DNA of 64,000 nt from Cyclobacteriaceae bacterium (GTDB lineage Bacteria; Bacteroidota; Bacteroidia; Cytophagales; Cyclobacteriaceae): NCBI GenBank assembly GCA_023151255.1, contig JAKLJG010000013.1, positions 1,990-65,989 on the forward strand, written 5' to 3'. The position numbers and the translations under genes were made by a program. The notes below the pieces were generated by a model, which was given only the letters and a program-made list of their open reading frames with translations, was not told where the DNA came from and searched no databases. Below, one piece after another: positions 17,971 through 27,795 of this stretch. Positions within the stretch are counted from its first letter, which is position 1; each line of letters begins with the position of its first letter.

Positions 17971-20013
17971 ATGCGTATGAGAAACCTTGTGAAGCTGTTT
18001 TACTTTATAATTTTATTTCCCCACCTATTATGGGCTGGTATCACACCGGTTGATACAGTATTTACTTCGAAGCCGGTTTATGGCAGGCAGGCCAGGGTCA
18101 TTATTCAGATACTTGAGAGCAGCCATTACCGAAAACTGAAGTTTAATGACTCGCTGTCGTCTGCTGTTCTGGATTCCTACATTGCAACGCTCGACAATCA
18201 ACGAAGTTATTTTTTAAAGTCAGATATTGATGCATTTAATAAATACCGGTTTCAACTCGATGATCTGACCCGGATTGAAAATGTGGACCCGGCTTTTGGA
18301 ATCTACGAAGTATTTAAAAAACGCTTTGCTGAGCGAATGGATTATGTGCTTACTTACCTGATTAATCAGGAATTTGATTTCTCAAAAGATGAATATTATG
18401 AGGTTGATCGGGAGAATGCACCATGGGCTGAAACTGAAAAGGAATTAAACCAGATATGGACACTCGCCATAAAAAACCAGGCCTTGAGTTTAAAAGTTGC
18501 CGGAAAGAGTACAGTCGAGATCCAGGAAACCCTGCGGTCACGATATGAGCGATTCGTAAAATCGATAAAGCAAACCAATAGTGAGGATGTGTTTGGCTAT
18601 TATATGAATGCCATAACCGAAGCCTATGATCCGCATACCAATTATTTTTCGCCCAGGCGGGCCGATTTATTTAAACAAAGTATGTCGCAATCGCTCGAGG
18701 GAATCGGAGCCAGGCTGCAAACTGAAAATGATTATACCAAAGTTGTTGAAATTCTGCCGGGCGGCCCTGCCGAAAAAACAAAACTGGTTAACGTAAACGA
18801 TAGGATTATTGGTGTGGCCCAGGGCGATGAGGGCGAAATGGTTGACGTTATCGGCTGGCGTATTGATGATGTGGTTAAACTAATAAAGGGGCCTAAAGGT
18901 ACTAAGGTGCGGCTTACCATTCTTCCGGCCGAAACCGGTGTTACTGGCCCATCGGTGGTTGTTACACTTATTCGCGACAAGATTAAACTGGAAGATCTTA
19001 CTGCTAAAAAGAAAGTGATCGATTATGTACAAAATGGCAGACGGTTGAAATTAGGTGTAATTACGCTGCCCAGTTTTTATTTTGATTGGGAAGCATACCA
19101 AAAGGGTGATCCGAATTACAACAGCACCACCAAAGACATAAAACGCCTTATAGCCGAGTTGCAAAAAGAAGGAATTGATGGCTTAGCCATTGATTTACGT
19201 AATAATGGCGGTGGCTCACTGGAAGAAGCCATAAATCTTACCGGCTTGTTTATAAAAACCGGACCCGTTGTACAGGTTAAGGATTTTACTAACCGTACTG
19301 AAATTAAAAGTGATGATGACCCTGCCATTGTCTATACCGGGCCTTTGATTGTGCTCATTAATCGTTTCAGCGCCTCCGCCTCAGAAATCTTTGCCGGAGC
19401 CATACAGGATTATCATCGCGGTGTGGTAGTGGGCGAGTCTTCATTTGGCAAAGGTACGGTTCAGTCTATTATCGAGCTCGACCGGTATGTTAACTATCCG
19501 AAAGAAGAAGTTGGTTCGTTAAAACTAACGTTCCAAAAATTTTATCGGGTAACCGGGCATAGCACCCAGTTTAAAGGAGTAACACCCGATATTAAGTTTC
19601 CTACCGCACTAACAGCAGAGCAATTCGGTGAGCGTTCAAGTAAAAGTGCTTTGCCATGGGATGAGATCCGCAGTACGATGTACCAGAAGACCCCGCTTAT
19701 TAATGATGCGGTACTGAAAAACTTAATTCGTTCTCATCAGGAGCGCCTGAAGACTGATCCCTCATTAATAGACCTGGTTGCTCAAACCGAGGAGACCCGT
19801 AAGAATCTCGCACAAAACCGCATTTCGCTGAACGAAGAAGTAAGACGCAAGGAGATGGAAGAGTCGGAGAAACGCAGAAATTCCCGCAAACCAGGTGATG
19901 TTAAAATTGACCGCGAAGGGCAGAACGACAATTCATTGCTGAAACTGGAAGATCAATACCTTCGCGAAGGGTTGCTTGTCCTGACTGACCTGATTGTTTC
20001 TAAAATCGGATAA
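17971..20013 (+). CDS. carboxy-terminal processing (tail-specific) peptidase, family S41
   Basis: 680 aa with a PDZ region and an S41 catalytic block (DLRNNGGGSLEEA, SASASEIFAGAIQD, FGKGTVQ). Confidence 0.88.
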   Translation: MRMRNLVKLFYFIILFPHLLWAGITPVDTVFTSKPVYGRQARVIIQILESSHYRKLKFNDSLSSAVLDSYIATLDNQRSYFLKSDIDAFNKYRFQLDDLTRIENVDPAFGIYEVFKKRFAERMDYVLTYLINQEFDFSKDEYYEVDRENAPWAETEKELNQIWTLAIKNQALSLKVAGKSTVEIQETLRSRYERFVKSIKQTNSEDVFGYYMNAITEAYDPHTNYFSPRRADLFKQSMSQSLEGIGARLQTENDYTKVVEILPGGPAEKTKLVNVNDRIIGVAQGDEGEMVDVIGWRIDDVVKLIKGPKGTKVRLTILPAETGVTGPSVVVTLIRDKIKLEDLTAKKKVIDYVQNGRRLKLGVITLPSFYFDWEAYQKGDPNYNSTTKDIKRLIAELQKEGIDGLAIDLRNNGGGSLEEAINLTGLFIKTGPVVQVKDFTNRTEIKSDDDPAIVYTGPLIVLINRFSASASEIFAGAIQDYHRGVVVGESSFGKGTVQSIIELDRYVNYPKEEVGSLKLTFQKFYRVTGHSTQFKGVTPDIKFPTALTAEQFGERSSKSALPWDEIRSTMYQKTPLINDAVLKNLIRSHQERLKTDPSLIDLVAQTEETRKNLAQNRISLNEEVRRKEMEESEKRRNSRKPGDVKIDREGQNDNSLLKLEDQYLREGLLVLTDLIVSKIG

Positions 20014-20044
20014 AAAAGGCGGGGTATTTTCCCCGCCCTTTTTT
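20012..20044. terminator. bidirectional rho-independent terminator
   Basis: GGCGGGG/CCCCGCC stem with loop TATTTT, flanked by an A6 run and a T-run, between convergent genes. Confidence 0.8.
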
Positions 20045-20055
20045 GATGCTTTCGC

Positions 20056-23000
20056 TCAGGGTTCCTTCACGAATTCTTCAAACGATTTTAATACAACCGG
20101 CCCGAGGCTATTCTTCTTTAACAAATCATTTACCTTGGCCTGGTGCTTATCCTTTATTTTTTTAAAATCGGCCTTTGCTGCATTAAAACGATTTTCAAGC
20201 GCTTCCAGGTTATCCAACTCGGCTGTATTGGGCTTGTAGAAGCTTTGGGCCACTTTGCTATAGAGCTCGGCAAGCCGTTCACGTAACTGCGGCTCAGCAG
20301 CGCCAACATAATTATCGCCTTTGGTGACTACTAAAGTTTCTTTTAACCGGGTTAGTTCAGTAATAAACGGGCTAACTGATTTTGCTGCCGAAGGGTTTTT
20401 GGTTTTCAGATTTTCAGCCACTTTCAGGTTTTCGTCCAGTTCGTAAACCAGATAGGCGAGTTCTTCCGCCATCCGGTATAATTTACGGGTTGTTTCCTCC
20501 TGCATTTTGCGGTCGGCAAGGGGTATATCCGAGCGTTTATCATACTCAATAACCAGGTCGTTCGTGTATGTTTCCTTACCTTTTTGAATAACCACGTTGT
20601 AGGTGCCTGCCGGTACACGCATCGGGGTAAATCCACCAAAAGCAAACGTTTTGGCTGCGGCCATTTTAGGCGGTTTAACCGAATAATTCCATTCAACAAT
20701 GTTTATTCCCTTCGCCTTTCCGGGTGTTAATTCGATAATCTTGTTGCCGCTGGCATCCTGTATTTCAAGTGTCATTTTACCAAGTGTATGGCGTCTTTTC
20801 TGGTAGTATACAATGCGCGCAGCCGTGCTGGCGTTGGCTCCTACAAACTGTGTTTCGGTACTGGCACCGCCAAACCCGTTGGATTCGTTAATAACCGTAG
20901 GCTTGGTTTTGAAGAAGTGCAGATCTTTATTCAATACTTCCTCGTTAAGTTGACGTAACGGGCTTATATCATCGATGATAATGACACCTCTTCCGTGCGT
21001 AGCGATGATCAGGTCGTTGGTACGCTTGTGTAACTCAATATAATGCACGTTGGCAGCGGGCATGTTGTTGGTAAATTTCAGCCAGCTCTTGCCGCCATCA
21101 ACGGTGATGTATAAACCAAATTCAGTACCGAGAAAGAGCAGGTTTTCGTTTTGGTAATCTTCCTGGATATTACGGGCAAAGCCGTAAATGTCGGGGGTAA
21201 CGATTGACTTCCAGGTAGCTCCGAAATCGGTCGTTTTATATACATAGGCATTCATGTCACCGGTCTGGTAGCCGGTAAACACGGCATACGCGATGCCTTT
21301 TCCAAATACGCTGGCCTCAATGTGGTACACCATGGTATTCTTGGGTAAACCCGGAACGTTTCCCACCACGTTAGTCCAGGTTTTACCGCCATCGCGGGTA
21401 AGTTGCAGGTTGCCGTCATCGGTACCGGCCCAAACAATGTTTTCATCCAATGGTGACTCAGCTATGGTAAAGATGGTGCAATGGTTTTCAGCACCCGAAT
21501 TGTCGCGCGAAAGGCCGCCTGAGTTTTCCTGATTTTGCTTTGCCGGATCATTTGTGGTCAGATCGGGTGAGATCTTTACCCAGGTTTCACCCATGTCGTC
21601 AGACCGGTGAACAAACTGACTACCGATATAAACACGGTCGGGCTTATTGGGGCTGGTAGTTAGCGAGGCGTTCCAGTTAAAGCGTAGTTTTGGATCGTTC
21701 TTGGCCGGCAGGGGTTGAATGGTTTTAGCCTGGTCTTTGGCCGGATCAAACCGCCAAACATTTTCGGCTCCCTGCATTTCGGAATAAATAATTTTCTTTG
21801 TCGGGTGGCGGTACACACGGTAACCATCGCCAACACCAACCCGTACCCAATCCTTTGCTTCCACACCGCCCGGAGAACTGGAGGGGCCAAACCAGCATCC
21901 GTTATCCTGCAGTCCGCCATATACATTATAGGGCTCTTCATCATCAACGCTTACGTGGTAGAACTGCGAAACGGGTATGTTTTCAACTATTTCAAGCGTG
22001 GTGCCGCCATCCCATGAGCGGTAGATGCCGCCATCGGTGGCCACATACATGCGATCGGAATCATTAATATCAAAAACGATATCGTGTACATCAGAATGAT
22101 TCGGGCCAAGGTTTTTAAATGTTTTGCCTCCATCGCGCGAGATTGAACCCAGTAGTCCTGCCTTAACCACCACGTCTGGATTTCTGGGATCCACTTCGAT
22201 ACGTGAAAAATAGAACGGGCGTACCAGCAGTTCGAAATCATTATTAAGTTGTTTCCATGAGGCCCCGGCATCATCGCTGCGGTATAAGCCTTTGTCTTTA
22301 TCCTGTTCGGATTCGATTACCGTATAGAGAATTTTGGGGTTTGAAGGAGCCACAGCAATAGCCAGGCGCCCTAATTTACCCTTGGGGAAACCATTGTGAA
22401 TTTTAGTGAAAGTCTTTCCTCCATCGGTTGATTTATAAAGGGCGCTGTTTTCTCCTCCAGAACTGAACGACCAGGGTGTTCTGCGCACTTCCCAGAAAGC
22501 AGCATAAACAATGTTCGGATCTTTGGGGTCGAGGGTCAGGTCGCTGCACCCCGTGGTTTTGTTAACAAACAGGATTTTATTCCAGGTCTTTCCGCCATCA
22601 GAGGTCTTGTATAACCCCCGTTCATCGCTATCGCTCCACAATGGCCCGAGTACGGCCACATAAATTTCGTTGGGATTTTTGGGGTTTACCTGAATACCGG
22701 CAATGCGTTCGGATTTTTCGAAGCCTATCTTTTGCCAGGTGGCCCCGCCATCAGTAGTTTTATACAAGCCATCGCCAACCGATACGCTGTTGCGGGTCCA
22801 TACTTCACCGGTACCTACATAAATTACATTATCCGGATTGGAGGGGTCAATTTCCACTGCGCCAATGCTTTGGCAATAGTCATCGAAAATAGGGTTGAAG
22901 GTAGCCCCGCCATTGCTGCTCTTCCATACACCACCACCAGCTGTACCGGCATAAATAATGCGGGGGTTAATGGGGTGAAGTTCAAGGTCCGTAATACGTC

Positions 23001-23133
23001 CGCTCATAATAGCCGGTCCGATGTGCCGGGCCTTCATGTCGCCAAATAATTCTTTGCCGCGTGTAATGGCATCCTGGGCCAAGGCTGGCTTAAGTAATAA
23101 CAGTAATGCTAGGTAGAGAATTGATTTTTTCAT
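20056..23133 (-). CDS. BNR/Asp-box repeat protein (sortilin/VPS10-like, often annotated as glycosyl hydrolase)
   Basis: 1025 aa with a signal peptide and at least 9 Asp-box motifs SxDxGxTW (TTDGGATWQK, TSDGGKTWNK, SRDGGKTFKN, TRDGGKTWTN, TVDGGKSWLK and others). Confidence 0.85.
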   Translation of the reverse strand: MKKSILYLALLLLLKPALAQDAITRGKELFGDMKARHIGPAIMSGRITDLELHPINPRIIYAGTAGGGVWKSSNGGATFNPIFDDYCQSIGAVEIDPSNPDNVIYVGTGEVWTRNSVSVGDGLYKTTDGGATWQKIGFEKSERIAGIQVNPKNPNEIYVAVLGPLWSDSDERGLYKTSDGGKTWNKILFVNKTTGCSDLTLDPKDPNIVYAAFWEVRRTPWSFSSGGENSALYKSTDGGKTFTKIHNGFPKGKLGRLAIAVAPSNPKILYTVIESEQDKDKGLYRSDDAGASWKQLNNDFELLVRPFYFSRIEVDPRNPDVVVKAGLLGSISRDGGKTFKNLGPNHSDVHDIVFDINDSDRMYVATDGGIYRSWDGGTTLEIVENIPVSQFYHVSVDDEEPYNVYGGLQDNGCWFGPSSSPGGVEAKDWVRVGVGDGYRVYRHPTKKIIYSEMQGAENVWRFDPAKDQAKTIQPLPAKNDPKLRFNWNASLTTSPNKPDRVYIGSQFVHRSDDMGETWVKISPDLTTNDPAKQNQENSGGLSRDNSGAENHCTIFTIAESPLDENIVWAGTDDGNLQLTRDGGKTWTNVVGNVPGLPKNTMVYHIEASVFGKGIAYAVFTGYQTGDMNAYVYKTTDFGATWKSIVTPDIYGFARNIQEDYQNENLLFLGTEFGLYITVDGGKSWLKFTNNMPAANVHYIELHKRTNDLIIATHGRGVIIIDDISPLRQLNEEVLNKDLHFFKTKPTVINESNGFGGASTETQFVGANASTAARIVYYQKRRHTLGKMTLEIQDASGNKIIELTPGKAKGINIVEWNYSVKPPKMAAAKTFAFGGFTPMRVPAGTYNVVIQKGKETYTNDLVIEYDKRSDIPLADRKMQEETTRKLYRMAEELAYLVYELDENLKVAENLKTKNPSAAKSVSPFITELTRLKETLVVTKGDNYVGAAEPQLRERLAELYSKVAQSFYKPNTAELDNLEALENRFNAAKADFKKIKDKHQAKVNDLLKKNSLGPVVLKSFEEFVKEP

Positions 23134-23171
23134 GCATTGATGGGATAAATAGTGAGATGATAAAACGAAAT

Positions 23172-23200
23172 AAAAAGGCCTGACCGGGCAGGGTCAAGCC
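23172..23200 (-). terminator. rho-independent terminator after the LolA-like gene
   Basis: The minus strand reads GGCTTGACC-CTGCCC-GGTCAGGCC, a 9-bp stem with one G.U pair, followed by TTTTTATTT. It separates this gene from the BNR gene. Confidence 0.65.
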
Positions 23201-23243
23201 TTTCATTTTTTTATGTTATAGAAGGAAACAACCCTTAAACGGT

Positions 23244-23993
23244 TTATTTGCCTTCCGGAAATTTAAATACAGCATCATCCACTTTAGGGTTAAGCTGATA
23301 GGCGGTAATTTTTAAAGGACTGCTACCTGCTCCCTTCACACCTTGTGACATGGAGAAGGGCATCATTAAACCGTCAACATCCTGATAGTCGCTGTAGGTT
23401 ATTTGTTGAACCATTCCCTTTGCCTGACCTGTTTTGATTTCACTCTCCATTAACAGGGGAACAAAATTTTCAGCATCAAAATAGTAGAACAGGATGTTAT
23501 CGGTTGGTACACCGTCAACTTTAATGGGCTTTTTGGTGAGCTTAACCTTGTAGCACTCGGTTCCTTCAATGGTCTCTTTTCCAAGGAGTTCAACTTTCAG
23601 TCCACGCTCTTTGTAATTCAGGAAAGGATCCGGAAAATCGCCAATTTCCTGTTTAAAATTTTCGGTGGTCTCGGCATCGCTCCGTTCGGCTTTCATATTC
23701 ATAAAGTTGGTTGACCAGAGGGTTGTGCCGTCATAAACACCTTGCTTAATTTCCATACCTTGAAACGATATTGAAGTACATTGACGACCATCTTTCAATT
23801 GAATTATCTCCAAGGGAATTTCCATACCTTGTTGATTGACTTTAGCGCTTATTTTAATCCCGTTAAGCGCTCTCCACTTCGCAATACCTCCGGTATTTTC
23901 AAAGTACTTGCTAATAATTTCGTCAACCGTTTGGCTGTACGCTACAGAACCGATTGCCAGCAGGGCAGCGGCTGTTAAAAACCTGATTTTCAT
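23244..23993 (-). CDS. exported LolA-like / outer-membrane lipoprotein-sorting-like protein
   Basis: I moved the start to the ATG at 23993, which gives the signal peptide MKIRFLTAAALLAIGSVAYSQ. The family call is by eye and rests on typical co-occurrence with BNR proteins. Confidence 0.55.
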   Translation of the reverse strand: MKIRFLTAAALLAIGSVAYSQTVDEIISKYFENTGGIAKWRALNGIKISAKVNQQGMEIPLEIIQLKDGRQCTSISFQGMEIKQGVYDGTTLWSTNFMNMKAERSDAETTENFKQEIGDFPDPFLNYKERGLKVELLGKETIEGTECYKVKLTKKPIKVDGVPTDNILFYYFDAENFVPLLMESEIKTGQAKGMVQQITYSDYQDVDGLMMPFSMSQGVKGAGSSPLKITAYQLNPKVDDAVFKFPEGK

Positions 23994-24164
23994 AGTTTGA
24001 TTTAGTTTGGTGGTTGGTCGATTAAAGGTGCAGTTTGTTACACTGAACGGGGTCAAATTAACGCTTTTTTTAATCATTAACTTTCTTTTTAAATGTTGGC
24101 CGACTAAACCTTTTCCTTCGTTTAATTGGTATTTTAGGGCTATTTTAGGCGGTTATTCCTGCGC

Positions 24165-27100
24165 ATGAGTGAAGAATTACTGAAAGCCATCATCCAGCTT
24201 TTTGCCATCGTGGCGCGCGAGCGCATTACCGAGGATGAGCGTAATAACATTAAAGAGTTTCTAAGTCTCCATCTTAACCGTGATCTGACCAAATACTACC
24301 TTAACCTTTTCGATGAATTTTGTAAAAACCATAAAATCGAATCCGCCCAGGATTTAAGCACGCTTGATCCGGAAACCATCCAGTTCGTTGACGACTGGTC
24401 GCGCATTATGCAAATCAGCAAGCAGGTAAACCAGGCGTTAACTATGCAGCAAAAGCTGGTGTTGATTGTGAAGATTATTGAACTGGTGTTTGCCGACTGG
24501 GAAATTTCCGAGCGCCAAGAGAACCTTATTTTTTACATAGGCCAGGCGTTGAAAATCCCGCGAAAGGAAATAGATGCACTTCGAAATTTTGTTGTCGGCC
24601 AGGATATTGACGAACTCAGCGCTCCTAATGTGCTGGTTATTGACGAAGGGTATGATGACAAACCATACCCCGGGCCCCGGATTATTGAGAAAAATATTAA
24701 CGGCCTGGTAGCAATACTGAAACTGGAAGAAACCTATTTTATAAAATACCTCGGTATTTCTGTTCTATATCTTAACAGTATTCCGCTCAAAAGCCGGAAG
24801 GTGGATATTTTCCCGACCGGCAGCACGATTCGGGGCGATAAAATTGAACCGATTTACTACAGCGACATTGTAGGGCGCTTTCTGGTGGGTGGTCAGCAGC
24901 AGAAAATTACCTTCACGGCCGATCATATTTTTTACCACTTCAAATCGGGCCGTGCCGGCTTGCAGAACATTAACATTGCCGAGCAAGGCGGCAAACTTAT
25001 TGGCATCATGGGTGCCAGCGGTTCGGGTAAATCAACTTTGCTTAATGTGCTCAACGGATCAGAACCTCCCTCCAGCGGGCGGGTAGCCATTAATGGTATT
25101 GATATTCATGAGCATCCGGAAAGAGTGCAGGGCATAATCGGTTACATACCGCAGGATGACCTGTTGATTGAAGACCTCACTGTTTTCGAAAACCTTTATT
25201 ATGCAGCGCGGTTATGTTTCGGCCAATACTCGAAAGAGCAACTTGCCGAATTGGTTGAAAAAGTATTACACCAACTCGGGTTAAGCGAAACGCGCAACCT
25301 GAAAGTAGGCTCACCCATGCAGAAAACAATCAGCGGGGGGCAGCGCAAACGCCTCAATATCGGGTTGGAATTATTGCGCGAGCCCACCATTCTGTTTGTG
25401 GATGAGCCCACCTCCGGGCTTTCATCGCGCGATTCGGAAAACATTATGGATCTGCTGAAAGAACTTTCGCTTCGCGGAAAAATGATTTTTGTGGTTATCC
25501 ACCAGCCTTCGTCCGACATTTTTAAGATGTTCGATACGCTGATTATCCTTGACGTAGGGGGGTTTCAGATTTACTATGGCAACCCCGTTGAGTCTGTAAT
25601 TTATTTCAGGGATATTATTAATGCGGCCAACAAAACGCAGGGAGCCTGCCCGGAATGCGGCAATATCAATCCGGAGCAAATTTTCAATATCATTGAAACA
25701 AAAGTTGTTAACGAATACGGCCGGCTAACCAATACGCGAAAAATTTCACCCGGCCAATGGTATCAGTATTTTAAGCAGAAATTGAAAATTCCACGCGTGG
25801 AAATCAGCCGCGATCCGCTGCCCGTTACCCAGGCGATTGCCGGCAAACTTAGCCAGCTTAAAGTTTTTATGATTCGCGATGTGCTGGCTAAACTCTCAAA
25901 TAAGCAATACCTGTACATTAACTTACTTGAAGCGCCTGTACTTGCTTTCTTCATAAGCTTCATGGTAAAGTATTATAACGTGCTTGCCGGCAGCGAGGCG
26001 CGTTATTCTTTTTATGACAACCACAATATTCCGGTTTACTTTTTCATGAGCGTGGTGGTGGCTCTTTTTTTCGGGCTCACAGTAAGTGCTGAAGAAATTT
26101 TTCGCGACCGTAAAATTTTAAAGCGTGAAAAATTTCTGCATTTAAGCCGCGCCAGTTACCTGTACTCCAAAGTATTCGTCATGTTCGGTATTTCGGCCAT
26201 ACAAACCTTTACGTTTATGGTTGTGGGGCACCTGGTACTCGAAATACCATTAACCGAAATGCGTTACTGGCTTATCCTGTTCAGCACCTCGTGCTTTGCC
26301 AATATCCTGGGGCTTAATATCAGCGCGGCCTTTAATTCGGCTGTTACCATTTATATACTTATTCCGTTATTAATTATTCCACAGCTCTTATTAAGCGGAG
26401 TTGTAATTCAGTTTGATCGCTTCAACCCCCAGGTTGGCGAGCCGGTAGGCGTACCGCTGATGGGCGATATGATGGCTTCGCGGTGGGCCTTTGAAGCCTA
26501 CATGGTTACCCAATTCCGTGATAATCCGTATGAAAAGGAATTGTATGAGTGGGATAAGACCATCGCCATTTCAGATTTTAAACGGATGTACCTGATACCT
26601 GAACTGGAATCAAAACTTTCATATTGCCTTAATAACCGGCAGCACTGGCGTAATCAAAATCATCAGGAACTCAGTTATACCTTAACATTATTACGCAATG
26701 AAATAACCAACGAGCTCCGGCTGGTCGGAGAGGATAAGCTTCCTGAGGTGGTAAGGCTGGAGATCGGAAGATTTGATTCAATCACTTACGACTCAACGCA
26801 ACAGTTTCTGTCACGATTGCGAAACTACTACACCGCTAAGTTAAACCAGGCCACAACCAGGCGCGATGCGTATGTTGAAGAAAAAACCAATACTCCTGAA
26901 AAGGAATTGGCGTTTGAGGCCTTCAGGAAGCGCTATGCCAACAAAGAAGTAGGCGACTGGGTGAAAAACGTAACCGCGCAACAGCGCATAATTGAATACA
27001 AGGGCAGGTTTATTCAGAAGTACTTTCCGATTTACATGGAAGAACACCGACCGAAACATGTTTTTGATTACACGGCTAATTTTTACCAGCCCACCAAACA

Positions 27101-27254
27101 CTTTGCCGGCAGGGTATATAACACCTTTTACTTTAACCTGGTCATAATTTGGCTGATGACTCTTTTCTTGTTCATCGCCCTTTATTTCGATTGGCTACGA
27201 AAACTGATTGTACTCATCGAAAACAGAAAATATAAAAGGCGCGACCGGAATTAA
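24165..27254 (+). CDS. large ABC transporter, fused ATPase-permease (NBD-TMD, ABCG-like order) with extra N- and C-terminal regions
   Basis: 1029 aa with Walker A GASGSGKST, signature ISGGQRKRLNIG, and Walker B ILFVDEPTSGLS. An ABC-2-type membrane domain spans about aa 590-800. About 270 aa precede the ATPase, and about 230 aa follow the membrane domain, ending in a final TM helix. Confidence 0.85.
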   Translation: MSEELLKAIIQLFAIVARERITEDERNNIKEFLSLHLNRDLTKYYLNLFDEFCKNHKIESAQDLSTLDPETIQFVDDWSRIMQISKQVNQALTMQQKLVLIVKIIELVFADWEISERQENLIFYIGQALKIPRKEIDALRNFVVGQDIDELSAPNVLVIDEGYDDKPYPGPRIIEKNINGLVAILKLEETYFIKYLGISVLYLNSIPLKSRKVDIFPTGSTIRGDKIEPIYYSDIVGRFLVGGQQQKITFTADHIFYHFKSGRAGLQNINIAEQGGKLIGIMGASGSGKSTLLNVLNGSEPPSSGRVAINGIDIHEHPERVQGIIGYIPQDDLLIEDLTVFENLYYAARLCFGQYSKEQLAELVEKVLHQLGLSETRNLKVGSPMQKTISGGQRKRLNIGLELLREPTILFVDEPTSGLSSRDSENIMDLLKELSLRGKMIFVVIHQPSSDIFKMFDTLIILDVGGFQIYYGNPVESVIYFRDIINAANKTQGACPECGNINPEQIFNIIETKVVNEYGRLTNTRKISPGQWYQYFKQKLKIPRVEISRDPLPVTQAIAGKLSQLKVFMIRDVLAKLSNKQYLYINLLEAPVLAFFISFMVKYYNVLAGSEARYSFYDNHNIPVYFFMSVVVALFFGLTVSAEEIFRDRKILKREKFLHLSRASYLYSKVFVMFGISAIQTFTFMVVGHLVLEIPLTEMRYWLILFSTSCFANILGLNISAAFNSAVTIYILIPLLIIPQLLLSGVVIQFDRFNPQVGEPVGVPLMGDMMASRWAFEAYMVTQFRDNPYEKELYEWDKTIAISDFKRMYLIPELESKLSYCLNNRQHWRNQNHQELSYTLTLLRNEITNELRLVGEDKLPEVVRLEIGRFDSITYDSTQQFLSRLRNYYTAKLNQATTRRDAYVEEKTNTPEKELAFEAFRKRYANKEVGDWVKNVTAQQRIIEYKGRFIQKYFPIYMEEHRPKHVFDYTANFYQPTKHFAGRVYNTFYFNLVIIWLMTLFLFIALYFDWLRKLIVLIENRKYKRRDRN

Positions 27255-27263
27255 GAATTATTA

Positions 27264-27271
27264 TATTTTTG
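27264..27271 (+). promoter_or_regulatory. possible -7 box (TATTTTTG)
   Basis: Exact TAnnTTTG match 28 nt upstream of the 27300 start. Confidence 0.3.
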
Positions 27272-27299
27272 CGCCAAACTAAAACTAACGGATACATCG

Positions 27300-27731
27300 A
27301 TGAATAAACTAATTGTAAACTCAATTGTAGTGCTGGTTGTTATTTTTTCAGCCTGTACGGGTAAAAAGGAGGAGGCCGCTGAACAAAACGATTGGCCCGA
27401 GATGGATGCCTTCCACATGATTATGGCGGAAAGTTTCCATCCGTTTAAAGACTCAGCCAACCTGGCTCCGGCAAAAGCACAGGCTGCCGACATGGCTGCC
27501 AATGCGGCTAAATGGGCTGAAACTCCGCTACCTAAAAAAGTAGATAATGACCAGGTAAGAGAATACATGGCTAACCTTAAAACCGAAACCGCAGCATTTG
27601 CCCAACTGGTACAAACCGGTACCGATGAGGAAATTGGCCAGGCCCTTACCGACCTGCACGATTTATTTCATGCAATACAAGAGGCCTGGTATGGCGGGGG
27701 TGAAGGACATAAACATGAGCATAAGCATTGA
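27300..27731 (+). CDS. hypothetical lipoprotein with a His-rich C-terminal tail
   Basis: 143 aa with a lipobox (IFSAC), a helical body, and a C-terminus GGGEGHKHEHKH. Confidence 0.6.
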   Translation: MNKLIVNSIVVLVVIFSACTGKKEEAAEQNDWPEMDAFHMIMAESFHPFKDSANLAPAKAQAADMAANAAKWAETPLPKKVDNDQVREYMANLKTETAAFAQLVQTGTDEEIGQALTDLHDLFHAIQEAWYGGGEGHKHEHKH

Positions 27732-27756
27732 TTTGCTGGTATAACTTTGAAACTCT

Positions 27757-27786
27757 AAAACAGTTGGCAATAGCCAACTGTTTTTA
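27757..27786 (+). terminator. rho-independent terminator
   Basis: Perfect 12-bp stem AAAACAGTTGGC/GCCAACTGTTTT with loop AATA, followed by a T-run. Confidence 0.8.
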
Positions 27787-27795
27787 TTTGTACCT

